Below, piece by piece: positions 1 through 10,065 of a stretch of 64,000 bases of DNA (positions are counted from its first letter, which is position 1; each line of letters opens with the position of its first letter). The position numbers were made by a program, and so were the translations under genes. The DNA is from an uncultured virus (IMG/VR IMGVR_UViG_2896054739_000006) (taxonomy: Duplodnaviria; Heunggongvirae; Uroviricota; Caudoviricetes). The stretch lies in the IMG/VR virus record IMGVR_UViG_2896054739_000006; one strand, 5' to 3'. The notes beneath the pieces were generated by a model that ran no database searches, was not told the origin of the DNA, and worked only from the letters and a program-made list of their open reading frames with translations.

Positions 1-261
1 CTACTTGTCCAATGGTGAAATCAATGAACCATTCCTGGTATGTACAATATTGGGCTTGCCATCTGGTTCCCTTACAATCAATTCATCGAGTTTGCAATTC
101 AGAGCTTCACAGATTAGATCTAAATGTTTCAAATTTACTCTTTCAACTAACTCATGGTACAATTCATTGATTGTATTCGGCCGGATACCAGTAGCCCTTG
201 CCAAGTCTGCCTGTGTCCATCTGAGTTCACCGAGCTTTGTAGATAGTAAAATTCTTATCAT
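1..261 (-). CDS. Cro/C1-type HTH transcriptional regulator
   Basis: TQADLARATGIRPNTINELY...LDLICEALNC HTH pattern. Confidence 0.85.
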   Translation of the reverse strand: MIRILLSTKLGELRWTQADLARATGIRPNTINELYHELVERVNLKHLDLICEALNCKLDELIVREPDGKPNIVHTRNGSLISPLDK

Positions 262-402
262 ACGTCTTTGCTCCTTCCGCTATAAAATAGCACTATTTAA
301 TCAAAAAAAGTGACATAAGTTATTTTATAGCGATTCTGGATATATCCTGTCGAATACAGTTATAGACAAATCTTTCTATTTAGCAGGAAAAACGAATAAT
401 TG

Positions 403-597
403 CTATCTTTTTTCACGTTCTATCTTTTCCCTAATTGCCTCTTTAATAAAGCCATTAATACTTTTTCCCGCCGCTTTCGCACTTTCTGACAACTTCTCAT
501 AATCATCCCTTTTTAAATCAAGAGGAACACGCTTTAACCTGTCTTTCGCATACCGCAGACTTGCCTTTTTCTGTGCTTCCGTATATTTTTCTGCCAT
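403..597 (-). CDS. Ribbon-helix-helix (Arc/antitoxin-like) DNA-binding protein
   Basis: YTEAQKKASLRY...RVPLDL...AGKSINGFIKEAI pattern; GAGGTG RBS. Confidence 0.7.
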   Translation of the reverse strand: MAEKYTEAQKKASLRYAKDRLKRVPLDLKRDDYEKLSESAKAAGKSINGFIKEAIREKIEREKR

Positions 598-634
598 ATT
601 ATCACCTCATAGAAATTATAACCCCATTTCAAAC

Positions 635-720
635 GCACGTATATATGCAACATACACAATTATGTACGTATATATTTGTAGACTTTGTGTATTGATATAT
701 ATGTACGTATATAGTATAAT
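635..720 (+). promoter_or_regulatory. Sigma-A promoter overlapped by repeated operator
   Basis: TTGATA(692)-17 bp-TATAAT(715); TATGTACGTATATA at 661 and 700, partial copy at 635. Confidence 0.7.
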
Positions 721-740
721 AGTTTTATAAGGAAGGAGGG

Positions 741-860
741 ATGCAGATGGACAAAAAAATAGGCAAGCTGATAAAAGTGGTACGAGCACTTACACAACTT
801 GCCTTAGAGGTTGGAACTTTGCTGGCAGTCATTAAAATGATTGTAGCAAGTCTCCAATAG
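741..860 (+). CDS. 39-aa hydrophobic peptide (not in ORF track)
   Basis: GGAAGGAGG RBS; MQMDKKIGKLIKVVRALTQLALEVGTLLAVIKMIVASLQ; followed by hairpin GGGGAGGTTTCCCTCCCC. Confidence 0.65.
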   Translation: MQMDKKIGKLIKVVRALTQLALEVGTLLAVIKMIVASLQ

Positions 861-921
861 CAACCGGGGAGGTTTCCCTCCCCACATAAAAAATATAACA
901 AAGTCCATCTGAAAAAACAAT

Positions 922-1005
922 ATGTTTAAAAATATTTTAAAATTAGCGGCAGTAGTTATCTGGATGGTAATTGTAGTAATTGGTTTAATTGTACTGTTTG
1001 TATAA
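922..1005 (+). CDS. 27-aa single-TM peptide
   Basis: MFKNILKLAAVVIWMVIVVIGLIVLFV; no clear RBS. Confidence 0.35.
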   Translation: MFKNILKLAAVVIWMVIVVIGLIVLFV

Positions 1006-1033
1006 TTTATCAAAGGAACGGAGGATGTTGGAA

Positions 1034-1363
1034 ATGACAATCAGCGAAAAGAATATAGTAAAAAGATGGAACATGATGGCAAGCAAGGATTTGGGATTTG
1101 ATAGAAACTCTGAGGCAAGAGGTTTTGCAGAATTTTTCAGAAGCATTTTTGAAGATGGGAACACACAGCCAAGAGGATATAGATGTATCAATCCTATAAT
1201 TAGAGGATTTGCTTTTAATAACAGAGATTTGGAGATAGGGGTTGTTGAATGTCTTGATTTAAACTACATCAATATTACCAAAAAAGCCGCAATGGAATTG
1301 GACTGGTACTTAATGAATAGCCTTGATTGGTTCGACCGTTATCAATACGCATTAGCAAATTAA
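1034..1363 (+). CDS. Hypothetical protein
   Basis: ORF with GGAGG RBS 9 nt before ATG 1034. Confidence 0.65.
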   Translation: MTISEKNIVKRWNMMASKDLGFDRNSEARGFAEFFRSIFEDGNTQPRGYRCINPIIRGFAFNNRDLEIGVVECLDLNYINITKKAAMELDWYLMNSLDWFDRYQYALAN

Positions 1364-1411
1364 CCACACCACCCACCCGGCGGGGTTGCGCCGGGAGAAA
1401 GAAGGGAAGAT

Positions 1412-1711
1412 ATGAAAAAGTACAGAGTGAATGAAAGCGAACATTTTAACCTTATGAGTATGCATGACCATCTTAAATGCATGGAAATTAACGCACGGGA
1501 AAATAACGATTGGGAGGCTTTGGAAAAAGTCGAAGAACGGCTTGTAGAAGTCGATAATCTTTTAGAATCAGCTTATTGTATCGGTGCATTAGTCACATGG
1601 GAACAGCTTAAGCGCATCCGGGAAATTAGAGACGAAAGAAACACAATCCGTTACAATATAGCGATTCAGAACGGCGCAAACAACCGTGAAGCAGGATATT
1701 CAATCATGTAA
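1412..1711 (+). CDS. Hypothetical protein
   Basis: ORF with purine-rich RBS, ends at convergent terminator. Confidence 0.65.
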   Translation: MKKYRVNESEHFNLMSMHDHLKCMEINARENNDWEALEKVEERLVEVDNLLESAYCIGALVTWEQLKRIREIRDERNTIRYNIAIQNGANNREAGYSIM

Positions 1712-1747
1712 AGAACAGGCGGCAGGGTAATCCCTGCTGCCTGTTCT
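1712..1747. terminator. Hairpin between convergent genes (probable bidirectional terminator)
   Basis: AGAACAGGCGGCAGGG-TAAT-CCCTGCTGCCTGTTCT. Confidence 0.75.
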
Positions 1748-1757
1748 GCTGCTTTTA

Positions 1758-3317
1758 TCATTTGCCGGAATAAATCTGCTTTCCGTCATTGTCAAAGACT
1801 TTGTACCCTTTGTTGTGCTTGCAAAGGTCTATGGCATTGTCTTTGTTTTTAAATGCCCCTATCTGGCTCTTGGCATCCTTCCAGGATTTGCGTACCCTGT
1901 AGTAGCCTGTCCCGGCTGTGGAAGCCTTTTGTTCCGGGGTAGCTTCAAACCGTACATAATCCGGGATGGCTGTGATAAACAGGCCGCTCTTTAACTGATA
2001 CCATTTTTCGTCTGCAGAAATGCCTGTGACAGTAAATGTGCCTGCTTTTACTATCTGGTCAACCTCCGCAAGCATGGAGGGGGCTTTTCGGATGTTTAAA
2101 CCGTCAAATCCCTTGTAAATGACTTTTACCGTACCATTTAAGAGGTGTACCTTTTGGAGGCTTGTATCGTCACCTGACGCATCCACAGAGGGTATGGAGC
2201 AGGGCGGTACTGCCGCCCCCTCCATTGCCGCTTTTACGTCCTGCCTAAAACGCTGCATGGTAAGGCCAAACTTATCCCAGATATGGCCCACGTCCCCGTG
2301 GTTAGATGCCAGGCCCTTTTTATGGCCCTCCTGGTGGCTCATGATTACATTGGCATCTAAAGGATTAAAACCGTACTGCTTACACAAGAGGGCAAAAGCC
2401 TGCACTGCATTAGCGTATGTGGCCAGGACATGGGCTTTTGTGTTTGCCCCATTGCCTAACTCAATCCAGTTAGAGCCTCCTGTGTATTTGATGGTGGCAG
2501 GCTCTGTCATCTCTAAACTGATAAAAGCATTGTTGCCGCTGCCTTTTGCCCCGCTGCCGCAATGGTTGGCTTTTACATCAAAAGGTAAGAGCTGATAAGC
2601 TGCCGGGGCTTTGCCTACCACCAAATGTACACACACCGACTGCCCTGCTTTGTCCCAGTTTGCCGCAAAGACTAAGGGGTCAGGCTGGGGGCATCCCACG
2701 GAGTGGAGCATAATGCCTTTGGGAGTGATTTTTTTACTGTTTTTATAGCACTTGTTTTGGGTAGCGAGTTCCGGGATAATCTGGATACAGGGCTTTTGCC
2801 CAGATGTATGATTTACCTCTGCTTTATCATACTGTGTCAGGTTGTACTTATTGATAATAGACATAACCTTGTCCACATACTTAACATCTGTGGCATAACC
2901 GCCGTCTTTGATTATCTTTATGGCCTTTTCGGGGTCTTTTTCACCTGCCAATCCTGCAAACCTAAGCTTAGGGCCGTTTTTTGCCCCGGTAAGGTAACAG
3001 GAGTGGTCTTTTACGCTTGTCTCCATATCTGGGTATTTTCTAAAGGCTGCCGTTACCGTGTATTCCCTGCCGTCTTTTGTCTGCTCTTTGGTTTTCTTGG
3101 TGTGCTTTGATTTGCCATCCCAGGCAGATTTCCAGGTGTTTCCGCTAAGACTGCATTTCATACCGAAGAAATTGTTTGCCTTTAAAGCCAGCTCAGTAGT
3201 TCCATAGCCAGATTCCAGAATTGCCTGGGCGATAGTGACAGAGGCAGGAACGCCGCTGTCACTCATGTCCCTTACTGCGATAGGCGCTAATTTGTTTATA
3301 AATTCCTGTTGTGTCAT
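1758..3317 (-). CDS. Endolysin: GH73 glucosaminidase + amidase_2 + SH3-like and C-terminal wall-binding domains
   Basis: AQAILESGYG/NNFFGMK/GYATD motifs; MLHSVG...SHQEG...NHGD amidase motifs; LNIRKAP SH3-like. Confidence 0.9.
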   Translation of the reverse strand: MTQQEFINKLAPIAVRDMSDSGVPASVTIAQAILESGYGTTELALKANNFFGMKCSLSGNTWKSAWDGKSKHTKKTKEQTKDGREYTVTAAFRKYPDMETSVKDHSCYLTGAKNGPKLRFAGLAGEKDPEKAIKIIKDGGYATDVKYVDKVMSIINKYNLTQYDKAEVNHTSGQKPCIQIIPELATQNKCYKNSKKITPKGIMLHSVGCPQPDPLVFAANWDKAGQSVCVHLVVGKAPAAYQLLPFDVKANHCGSGAKGSGNNAFISLEMTEPATIKYTGGSNWIELGNGANTKAHVLATYANAVQAFALLCKQYGFNPLDANVIMSHQEGHKKGLASNHGDVGHIWDKFGLTMQRFRQDVKAAMEGAAVPPCSIPSVDASGDDTSLQKVHLLNGTVKVIYKGFDGLNIRKAPSMLAEVDQIVKAGTFTVTGISADEKWYQLKSGLFITAIPDYVRFEATPEQKASTAGTGYYRVRKSWKDAKSQIGAFKNKDNAIDLCKHNKGYKVFDNDGKQIYSGK

Positions 3318-3331
3318 ATGTACCTCCTGTC

Positions 3332-3559
3332 CTACTTACTTTTGACTTCCGGGATTCCTGCCACTGATGTAAGTAAAGATGTTACCCCTGCAAGCGCAGC
3401 TGTTCCAACAACTGCAATCCAATCCACCTGCTGGATGGTAGCTGTTGCCGGAATCATTGCAACTGCCACCTGGGCCATTGTCTTTGCCGCCCTCACCCCT
3501 GCTGCCTGTAACCATTCTTTCGTGCTCACGCTTGTTTTAAATACATTGTTCTCAAACAT
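3332..3559 (-). CDS. Holin (r1t-like)
   Basis: RAAKTMAQ...VDW...SLLTSVAGIPE; adjacent to endolysin. Confidence 0.85.
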   Translation of the reverse strand: MFENNVFKTSVSTKEWLQAAGVRAAKTMAQVAVAMIPATATIQQVDWIAVVGTAALAGVTSLLTSVAGIPEVKSK

Positions 3560-3573
3560 GCTTTTCCTCCTTT

Positions 3574-3828
3574 TTATTTAATCAACATTACTACGATAGA
3601 GCCTATGGCTGTGATAATTGCCGCCCATGCCGTCCGGTTCATCCATACAAATTTTTCTTGTATTTCTTTGATGTCCTTTCCCTGCTGCACTGTCTGTTCA
3701 TTTAAAGATATGATTTCTCTTTGGTTCTGGTAAATTTGATTTTTAGATTTGTCCCAGCTTTCAAGCTTGGTCTCTATTTTGATTAACCTTTCCAAAACTT
3801 CCCTTTCGAAGTCTTTTTCTTCTCCCAC
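3574..3828 (-). CDS. XhlA-like membrane lysis protein
   Basis: Coiled coil plus C-terminal TM helix, upstream of holin. Confidence 0.7.
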   Translation of the reverse strand: MGEEKDFEREVLERLIKIETKLESWDKSKNQIYQNQREIISLNEQTVQQGKDIKEIQEKFVWMNRTAWAAIITAIGSIVVMLIK

Positions 3829-3846
3829 TGCCTTGTCCCCCTTTTT

Positions 3847-4263
3847 TTATTCTGCCAGCTCTGCACCGGAAAAAATTGTTTCTGTTTCCGCCAATTCTTT
3901 ATAAATAGTTTCAAAAGAAATCGTTTCCCCGAAATCCCAATCCAAAGAAACATTCGTTTTGAAAGCACAAAAATCTTTTATTTTACAAAGCTCCTGGTAA
4001 TGGTCAAAAAAAGCGTTTATTTCGTCAATTTCTTGCTGGGATTCTTCTGTAATTGGGGAGCCTGTAAGGATGGAGAGCCTTGAGATTAAATCATCTTTAC
4101 GGGATGCAAGACTCAGCAGTTCCTTTTCCTGCTCCCTGTATGTACTGTCTGCGTAAGATTCCACTTCAACCGACATTTCGCTGTGATTTTTTGTAATGCT
4201 TCCTATTCTGTGGTAAGTTCCTGTAATTCCGTTGTCGCTTTTAATTTTCTTAAATAATGCCAT
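3847..4263 (-). CDS. Hypothetical protein, possible tail-fibre chaperone
   Basis: Directly downstream of the tail fibre gene. Confidence 0.5.
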   Translation of the reverse strand: MALFKKIKSDNGITGTYHRIGSITKNHSEMSVEVESYADSTYREQEKELLSLASRKDDLISRLSILTGSPITEESQQEIDEINAFFDHYQELCKIKDFCAFKTNVSLDWDFGETISFETIYKELAETETIFSGAELAE

Positions 4264-4281
4264 TGTTTTTTCCTCCTGTTT

Positions 4282-5064
4282 TTAAGCTGTTCTTTCCCAC
4301 GCATATACCACACGGTAGGGAGGCATGTTGTTGTGGGCCATGCTGGAACCTGTGCCCGCCGTTGTCCCCGAATAGGCGTGTTGGTGAAATGCATTGCGGC
4401 CGCCTGTGGTGCCGGAAACTCCATGGGTGTGGTTTGCGGATATGCCATAAGTTTGAACCGTATGGTTATGGCTGCCAGAAATCGAAGTTGTGTGGCTTCC
4501 GGCAGAACCGTCCACGCCGCTTATTCTGCTTGTCGTTCCGCCCGTAGTTAGTCTTACGTCTTTTTTAACATATGCCTGGTGCGTATGATCTCCGCCTGTA
4601 CTGGTATACCCGCCATGGCTATGGTCTGCGCTAACCGTTCCGGTATTTGCAGAAAACGTATGTGCATGGTCGTTATTGTCATTTGCGGTAGTGCCGGAAT
4701 ACCCATGGCCATGTGATGGTATCTCTGCAACGCTAAGAGTATGGGACACCTCCCCGCCCGTGGTTCCGGCCTTGTATGCATCTCCGGCGGTCAATAAAAA
4801 CGTATCCTTAATCTGTACCCAAGTACCCCCAAAGAGCTTACCTGGATTGGCAGAGTTTGATGATGTATAAACAGAGCCGATAGGATGGATTAAATCAAGT
4901 AATCGCTTATTTATTTCATCTATTTTGGTTTTTAAAAAATTATCATTGTCAACCAGTTTTTGTGTAACATCGTTAAACAAATCCGCATGTGCAAGATCGT
5001 CTTCCTCAAACTTCCGGACCACTTCCGAGTATTCCGGATTTTCAGGTACTTCAAAGTTCGCCAT
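4282..5064 (-). CDS. Tail fibre / receptor-binding protein with HxH repeats
   Basis: HPIGSVYTS...GGTW...HTLSVAEIPSHGH...HNNMPPY..VYAWERTA. Confidence 0.8.
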   Translation of the reverse strand: MANFEVPENPEYSEVVRKFEEDDLAHADLFNDVTQKLVDNDNFLKTKIDEINKRLLDLIHPIGSVYTSSNSANPGKLFGGTWVQIKDTFLLTAGDAYKAGTTGGEVSHTLSVAEIPSHGHGYSGTTANDNNDHAHTFSANTGTVSADHSHGGYTSTGGDHTHQAYVKKDVRLTTGGTTSRISGVDGSAGSHTTSISGSHNHTVQTYGISANHTHGVSGTTGGRNAFHQHAYSGTTAGTGSSMAHNNMPPYRVVYAWERTA

Positions 5065-5075
5065 AATGTACCTCC

Positions 5076-5456
5076 TTAAAACATGTCGTCGATACGAAAT
5101 GTCATTTCTAAATCATCATCTTTACCCTTAGATTTAAAAGTTTTTATACATATGATATCTCCCTCCTCATCATACAAGCCAATCTCACTGATTTCCGTGC
5201 CAGGAAGTTCATTTTCTGCCAATGTGCATTCATAACGGCAAGTTGTGTCAGATGGAAAACTATAGCCATTGATTACCTTCCGGTACAATTCATGCGTTAG
5301 CTCCCCCTGCCTTTCTATTGGTGCAAGGACATTCCCATCCGCATCCACTCCTCCATCCCCAAATGCCATTCCCTCTACTTTTGGCAGAGTAATTTCCCCC
5401 GCCCTTGCCATAGCTAACTTCTTCCTGCCATTTATGGTTATAATAAAATTATCCAT
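5076..5456 (-). CDS. Tail-collar/fibre attachment protein
   Basis: ITINGRKKLA...MAFGDGG...ISEIGLYD motif. Confidence 0.75.
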   Translation of the reverse strand: MDNFIITINGRKKLAMARAGEITLPKVEGMAFGDGGVDADGNVLAPIERQGELTHELYRKVINGYSFPSDTTCRYECTLAENELPGTEISEIGLYDEEGDIICIKTFKSKGKDDDLEMTFRIDDMF

Positions 5457-6213
5457 CCAGGCTCTCCTCCTTATCCAATGCATTTAATTTCCGGGTTCCG
5501 TTTAACCTGACTTTCCCATTTAGGCGCCACACATTTCTTCTTGTTCTGACTGAAGATTCTATTGTGTTATTATTTTTAACCCCAAACCTCATATCCCCCA
5601 TCTGGGCAATAAGGTTTTGGTTATTTACTCCCAAACGCATTACCAGGCTGTCAAAGTGTATTTTTTCAATCCATTTAAAATCAAATTCTACTAACACGAC
5701 TTCATCAATGCGAAAGGTGGTATGGGACTGTTTGATTTCTTCCACTGCTTTATACGCCTCTTTAACATCCAGCCTCCCCTCACCCACAAAAGTCACCTGG
5801 AAAACATTAGGGTGTGGCGGGTGAAAATTAAACTCCCCCGGGTCATGGGCATCTGCAACCGTAACTTTAAATCCAGTAATGGCCGAAAGATACGTTTCCA
5901 TTCTGTACGGGGTCATGGGAGCCTTAAAGTCTCGTTTCTGGTAAATTATCTTCCTTCTTTCCTCATAGGTTAGATAACGCATCACCGGAAGCCCCCACTT
6001 TATTTCATGGTAAGCAAGACCCCAGGTTGCAGTTTCGGGAAAAAATTGTTTCGGCAAATCCTCTATTAACTCTCTGGCAGTGTCATACTCCCTTCCCATA
6101 ACTTCAAACATCCACTTTGCCACATAGGACTTATCATAAAATCCCCGGGTGACACAGCCAAGCATCCTTTTTGCGCTTTCGCTTTCCGGGAAATTCTCAA
6201 TATCAAATGCCAC
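5449..6213 (-). CDS. Baseplate protein (XkdU/YmfQ-like)
   Basis: QFFPETATWGLAYHE motif; follows baseplate J. Confidence 0.75.
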   Translation of the reverse strand: MAFDIENFPESESAKRMLGCVTRGFYDKSYVAKWMFEVMGREYDTARELIEDLPKQFFPETATWGLAYHEIKWGLPVMRYLTYEERRKIIYQKRDFKAPMTPYRMETYLSAITGFKVTVADAHDPGEFNFHPPHPNVFQVTFVGEGRLDVKEAYKAVEEIKQSHTTFRIDEVVLVEFDFKWIEKIHFDSLVMRLGVNNQNLIAQMGDMRFGVKNNNTIESSVRTRRNVWRLNGKVRLNGTRKLNALDKEESLDG

Positions 6214-6229
6214 TTTTATTCCCCCTTCC

Positions 6230-7348
6230 CTAAGAAAAATCAACTGTCCCTGTCTGTGGATACTCTTCTTTGGCAAAAGATATATTTTCCATGGCATCAT
6301 TTATAAGAAACGCCTGGAAATCCTCTACACCACTTATACTGCTTATCAGAGGACGCACATCATTGTACCTCAGTACCCCTTCTTTTTTTGCTTCTTTATA
6401 TAGCTGCTTTACTGCAAGGGAAAAGTCATCTTTTATCTGCTCTAAGTCCACAGTCCCGTCAAACAACAGCCCTGTACATTTATAGTTTATGGCTTTTGTT
6501 TCTGCAGCCACACAAATTAAAGACGCACAGGCCGTAGGCAGAAGCCTTCTGCTCCGGTCTTCCGGGGATACGATGTGGTTATATACATTTTCCACCAGGC
6601 TTTCATCTGCCGGCTGTCCATCCGTATCAATTAAAACCAGTTTCACCGTCCCGGGGCCTTGTGCAGCCGGGACTACAATACATTCCCCTGCTCCTGCATC
6701 TTTTGCCCAACGCTCATAATCAATGTCATTTCCCAGATAAGTATTGCTGTTTTCGTATTCCAGAGCAATCCGGTCGTACAAATCATCATCGGATTCCTCT
6801 TCCTTTCCTCCGGCGGTAGGTTCCGGGTTTGTCACGCTTATAATCCCGTCATTCGCCTCATCCATCATTGTGATTGTTTCTGCTTTCAAAGCAGATTCCG
6901 GTCCGCCTTCCACTGCAGTAACCTTAACCATGGCCATTCCATCTTCACCAATAATACAATCTTCGTCCGTGGTAAAATCAACCGATGGGCTGTCATCTGT
7001 AGCCGCCGTACAAAAAACAGTTCCTTTCAAAATTTCTGTCCCTGGGATTCCTTTTATTTCTAACTTCCCCGTGGCATGTGTTTCCGGATTCCTGTAAAGA
7101 TTTATCTGTTTTGCATGTAAATCCAGCCATTCCCCCCAAGAATACTGTGGAAAGGCAATCATCACTGCCCGCACCAGGAAAAATTCTATCAATTCTGCCT
7201 TTTCCAGAGCTGCCGGCATGGTAAAATCAAAAGGAAAACCTCCCGGCATATCATCAATATCCGTCGGAAGGTCCTCCATCATCCTCTCGTGTATCTCTTC
7301 TGCCGTGTTATCCTCTAAAAAATCCGGCTTTGTAAATTCCGGCTGCAT
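6230..7348 (-). CDS. Baseplate J-like protein (XkdT-like)
   Basis: GEWLDLHA, GGKEEESDDDLYDR, GNDIDYERWA, GPGTVK motifs. Confidence 0.9.
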   Translation of the reverse strand: MQPEFTKPDFLEDNTAEEIHERMMEDLPTDIDDMPGGFPFDFTMPAALEKAELIEFFLVRAVMIAFPQYSWGEWLDLHAKQINLYRNPETHATGKLEIKGIPGTEILKGTVFCTAATDDSPSVDFTTDEDCIIGEDGMAMVKVTAVEGGPESALKAETITMMDEANDGIISVTNPEPTAGGKEEESDDDLYDRIALEYENSNTYLGNDIDYERWAKDAGAGECIVVPAAQGPGTVKLVLIDTDGQPADESLVENVYNHIVSPEDRSRRLLPTACASLICVAAETKAINYKCTGLLFDGTVDLEQIKDDFSLAVKQLYKEAKKEGVLRYNDVRPLISSISGVEDFQAFLINDAMENISFAKEEYPQTGTVDFS

Positions 7349-7364
7349 CCCTTTTCCTCCTTGC

Positions 7365-7802
7365 TCAAATAGTCACCTGAAACTTATAGGCATCAATCCC
7401 CACTACATCAAAAGTGCAGCTTACTGTATCCCCATTCCAGGTAAAAACAAAATTATCCACGCTTTCAGTTCGTGGATTAGTCATAAGGGCCTCTGTAATC
7501 GTCCTCTGCATCATGGATTCTACGGTTGCCGGATCGTCATCACAAACAGCGTCCTCAAGCTCCGTACCTATTTCATCCGGGTATGCCAGGCAGGAATACC
7601 GTTCTGTCAATGCAATTTTATAGCACCAAACCATAAACGCCTCCTGTCCGCTGCACTCCATGACACGGTTTGTACTGTCCCTGACAAAATCCCCCTTTGC
7701 CGGGTCCCATTTCATACTCCTTTTGTATTCCGTATCATATTCTTCCTCGTCCTCGTCGGAAACTTCCGGGACGTCAAACACCGGATACAATTCTTCCGTC
7801 AT
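7365..7802 (-). CDS. Baseplate wedge protein (XkdS-like)
   Basis: TERY..LAY...GTELE...ITEALM.NPRT..V motif. Confidence 0.8.
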   Translation of the reverse strand: MTEELYPVFDVPEVSDEDEEEYDTEYKRSMKWDPAKGDFVRDSTNRVMECSGQEAFMVWCYKIALTERYSCLAYPDEIGTELEDAVCDDDPATVESMMQRTITEALMTNPRTESVDNFVFTWNGDTVSCTFDVVGIDAYKFQVTI

Positions 7803-7818
7803 ACTCTGCCCCCTTCCT

Positions 7819-8091
7819 TTATGAGCTCCTGACAGTATCCACCACTACAGCCTCACTTTCTATCCATACGATTAATACCCTGTCCCCAGGCAAAAGCCTT
7901 CCTGCCGACACATTACTCAATACGAAATACTCTCCTTTCCGTATGGGTATCGGGTAAGAATCCGACAAAAGACTCATATTCTTTTGGATTTCTCCAAATT
8001 CGCATACCGGGTCTGTTGCATTCTCCATGCGCATCCTTTTTACCATAACATTTGCCAGCTTATTTGTTCCCGGCTTTGACTTTGCCGCCAT
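7819..8091 (-). CDS. Spike-associated protein (XkdR-like)
   Basis: LLPGDRVLI...VVVD OB-like end; synteny. Confidence 0.6.
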   Translation of the reverse strand: MAAKSKPGTNKLANVMVKRMRMENATDPVCEFGEIQKNMSLLSDSYPIPIRKGEYFVLSNVSAGRLLPGDRVLIVWIESEAVVVDTVRSS

Positions 8092-8109
8092 GCCCTCCCT
8101 CCTTCCGAT

Positions 8110-9351
8110 TTATTCAAACGTGCTTTTGTCCACCCAACCGTTTACCTTGCTTTTTTTATCCTTATGTACCAGGTAATAGGGATGCCCTGCCCCGGAGGAT
8201 ATTTTTTTTATTTTAGCCCTGCCTGCTTTTGCAGAACTGCCTTTTGCCCCATTTTTAGAAGAAACATAATATTTTCCCCCTTTAAAATCCACGATATCAC
8301 CTGTGGCATATCCTTTCTGCTTCACGGCTTTTTGCTTAGTGACCTTATCTTTTTCCTGGTGTTCCAGGTTCATTGTCATGCTTGCAGTATCCGCATCGTG
8401 GCGGATGCCTGTCACATGGTAGTATCCGGTGGAAACTTTTGCATTTTTTACATAAACCACGTCCCCTTTACGGATAAAAGGCACATCCGGTGTATTCAAG
8501 GTAATGTCCAGCTTCACGCTGCCATTTTCGTTTAAAATTTCTTTTGCGGCTGTCTTGGCGTCTTTTAAGGATTCATCCGTTCCCCTGGTATATATCCGTT
8601 GGCGTATGCCGTACTTGGTCAGGCCGTTTACTGTAGCCTGGACTTTGCTTTTCCCTTTGTCGTCCACTTTGCTCATAACCCGGACACGGGTCACAAGGTC
8701 AGCTATGCTCTTGCTGTAGTCCACGCTGGTGATATTATCTTTGTCAAAAACATAAACCGTGCCATTGTTTCCATAAGGAAGGATGCTCACCTTCCCGGCA
8801 GATGCACGGATAACGCATTTGGGCTTCCCTTTTTTCACAGCATCATCCAAAAATTCAAGTATAATATCCGACAAATACTTGCTGGAAAACTTCTTTTTCC
8901 CATGCTTCACATTTGGGCCGCTGTATTTTCCCAGGGTAACTTTCCAGTCTTTAAATATCTTCTTTATGGCCGCTTTCGTCCCTGTGCCTTTACTAAAATA
9001 CCTGTTCTCCTGGCTCTTCTGCAGATTATACAGCTCATCGTAACAGGTGCATTTAAAAGCATCAGAATCATTTTTAAGCACCGGGTTCCAGACTGTCACA
9101 TACCCCCTGGCCACCTCCTGTTTCTTTTTGCCGTAAACGGCTGTCACAACCACTAAGCATCCCGGGGTTATAAGGCTCTGGAGGTATCCCTTTGAAGTTT
9201 TATCATTCCGGCAGGAAAACGTAAGCCTCATGGATATTTCATTTACGCTTTCTTCCCACCCAAGGTCCTCAATATAATCCTTAATGTCATACTGCTTTCC
9301 TTTGCTGGTCACAAGGATAACATTGTACTTTATATTAGATACATCAATCAC
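8110..9351 (-). CDS. Baseplate hub protein (XkdQ-like)
   Basis: Synteny; YDELYNLQKS, SIADLVTRV, IRKGDVV motifs. Confidence 0.8.
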   Translation of the reverse strand: MIDVSNIKYNVILVTSKGKQYDIKDYIEDLGWEESVNEISMRLTFSCRNDKTSKGYLQSLITPGCLVVVTAVYGKKKQEVARGYVTVWNPVLKNDSDAFKCTCYDELYNLQKSQENRYFSKGTGTKAAIKKIFKDWKVTLGKYSGPNVKHGKKKFSSKYLSDIILEFLDDAVKKGKPKCVIRASAGKVSILPYGNNGTVYVFDKDNITSVDYSKSIADLVTRVRVMSKVDDKGKSKVQATVNGLTKYGIRQRIYTRGTDESLKDAKTAAKEILNENGSVKLDITLNTPDVPFIRKGDVVYVKNAKVSTGYYHVTGIRHDADTASMTMNLEHQEKDKVTKQKAVKQKGYATGDIVDFKGGKYYVSSKNGAKGSSAKAGRAKIKKISSGAGHPYYLVHKDKKSKVNGWVDKSTFE

Positions 9352-9362
9352 GGTATCACCTC

Positions 9363-10058
9363 CTAAGGGATAATGATTTTAGTTCCAGACACCAGACACC
9401 GTCCATGATCAGAATCTGTATCAAATTTTTTCTTTGCTGCGCCATCCAGCACGTCTTTGTTTCTTTGGTACAGCTCCATCCAGTTATCCCCAAATGCCAT
9501 TTCTGTTTTAGCAATCCGGTACAGGGATTCCCTATCCCTCACAATGTGTTCCTTAATAATCACTTTTTTCTTCGTGCTCCGTTTTTTTGCTGTCTTTTTT
9601 TTCTTTTTGGACCCGCCGATTTTTAATTCTTTTGTAGTATAAATTTTCAGTTCCCTGGCTTCCTCAAAAGAAATATCATATTTGACATTTCCATACGCCC
9701 CGTAAGGTGTCACCTTAAAAGACGAAATCGTAACGTCCATGTTAATCCATGTGCCCGTTACGATAAGGTTTAAAACCGTCCCCTTTTTCATCCAGTTTTC
9801 CAGGGTCTTTATGCATTTTTCCGGCGTCTTCCAATGCTGGGACTTTACTATGGCCTCCCGTCTTTTTGCTTCGCCAAAAAATTCGCCACTCCAGGAAATA
9901 TCTTTTACATCCGTCCCCTTGGGCACTTTTACGGTGCCTTGGGAAATGATGTTAAAACTCTGGTACCTGGCGGAATTTCCAGATTTTATTTCATCCGGAA
10001 GGGAAGAAAATACAAATTTGCCTTTTGATTTCCCATTCGGGAGTAGTTTAATATCCAT
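9363..10058 (-). CDS. Tail tube initiator with LysM-like end (XkdP-like)
   Basis: HIVRDRESLYRIAK...W.ELYQRNK...GTKIIIP. Confidence 0.8.
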   Translation of the reverse strand: MDIKLLPNGKSKGKFVFSSLPDEIKSGNSARYQSFNIISQGTVKVPKGTDVKDISWSGEFFGEAKRREAIVKSQHWKTPEKCIKTLENWMKKGTVLNLIVTGTWINMDVTISSFKVTPYGAYGNVKYDISFEEARELKIYTTKELKIGGSKKKKKTAKKRSTKKKVIIKEHIVRDRESLYRIAKTEMAFGDNWMELYQRNKDVLDGAAKKKFDTDSDHGRCLVSGTKIIIP

Positions 10059-10065
10059 TTACATC

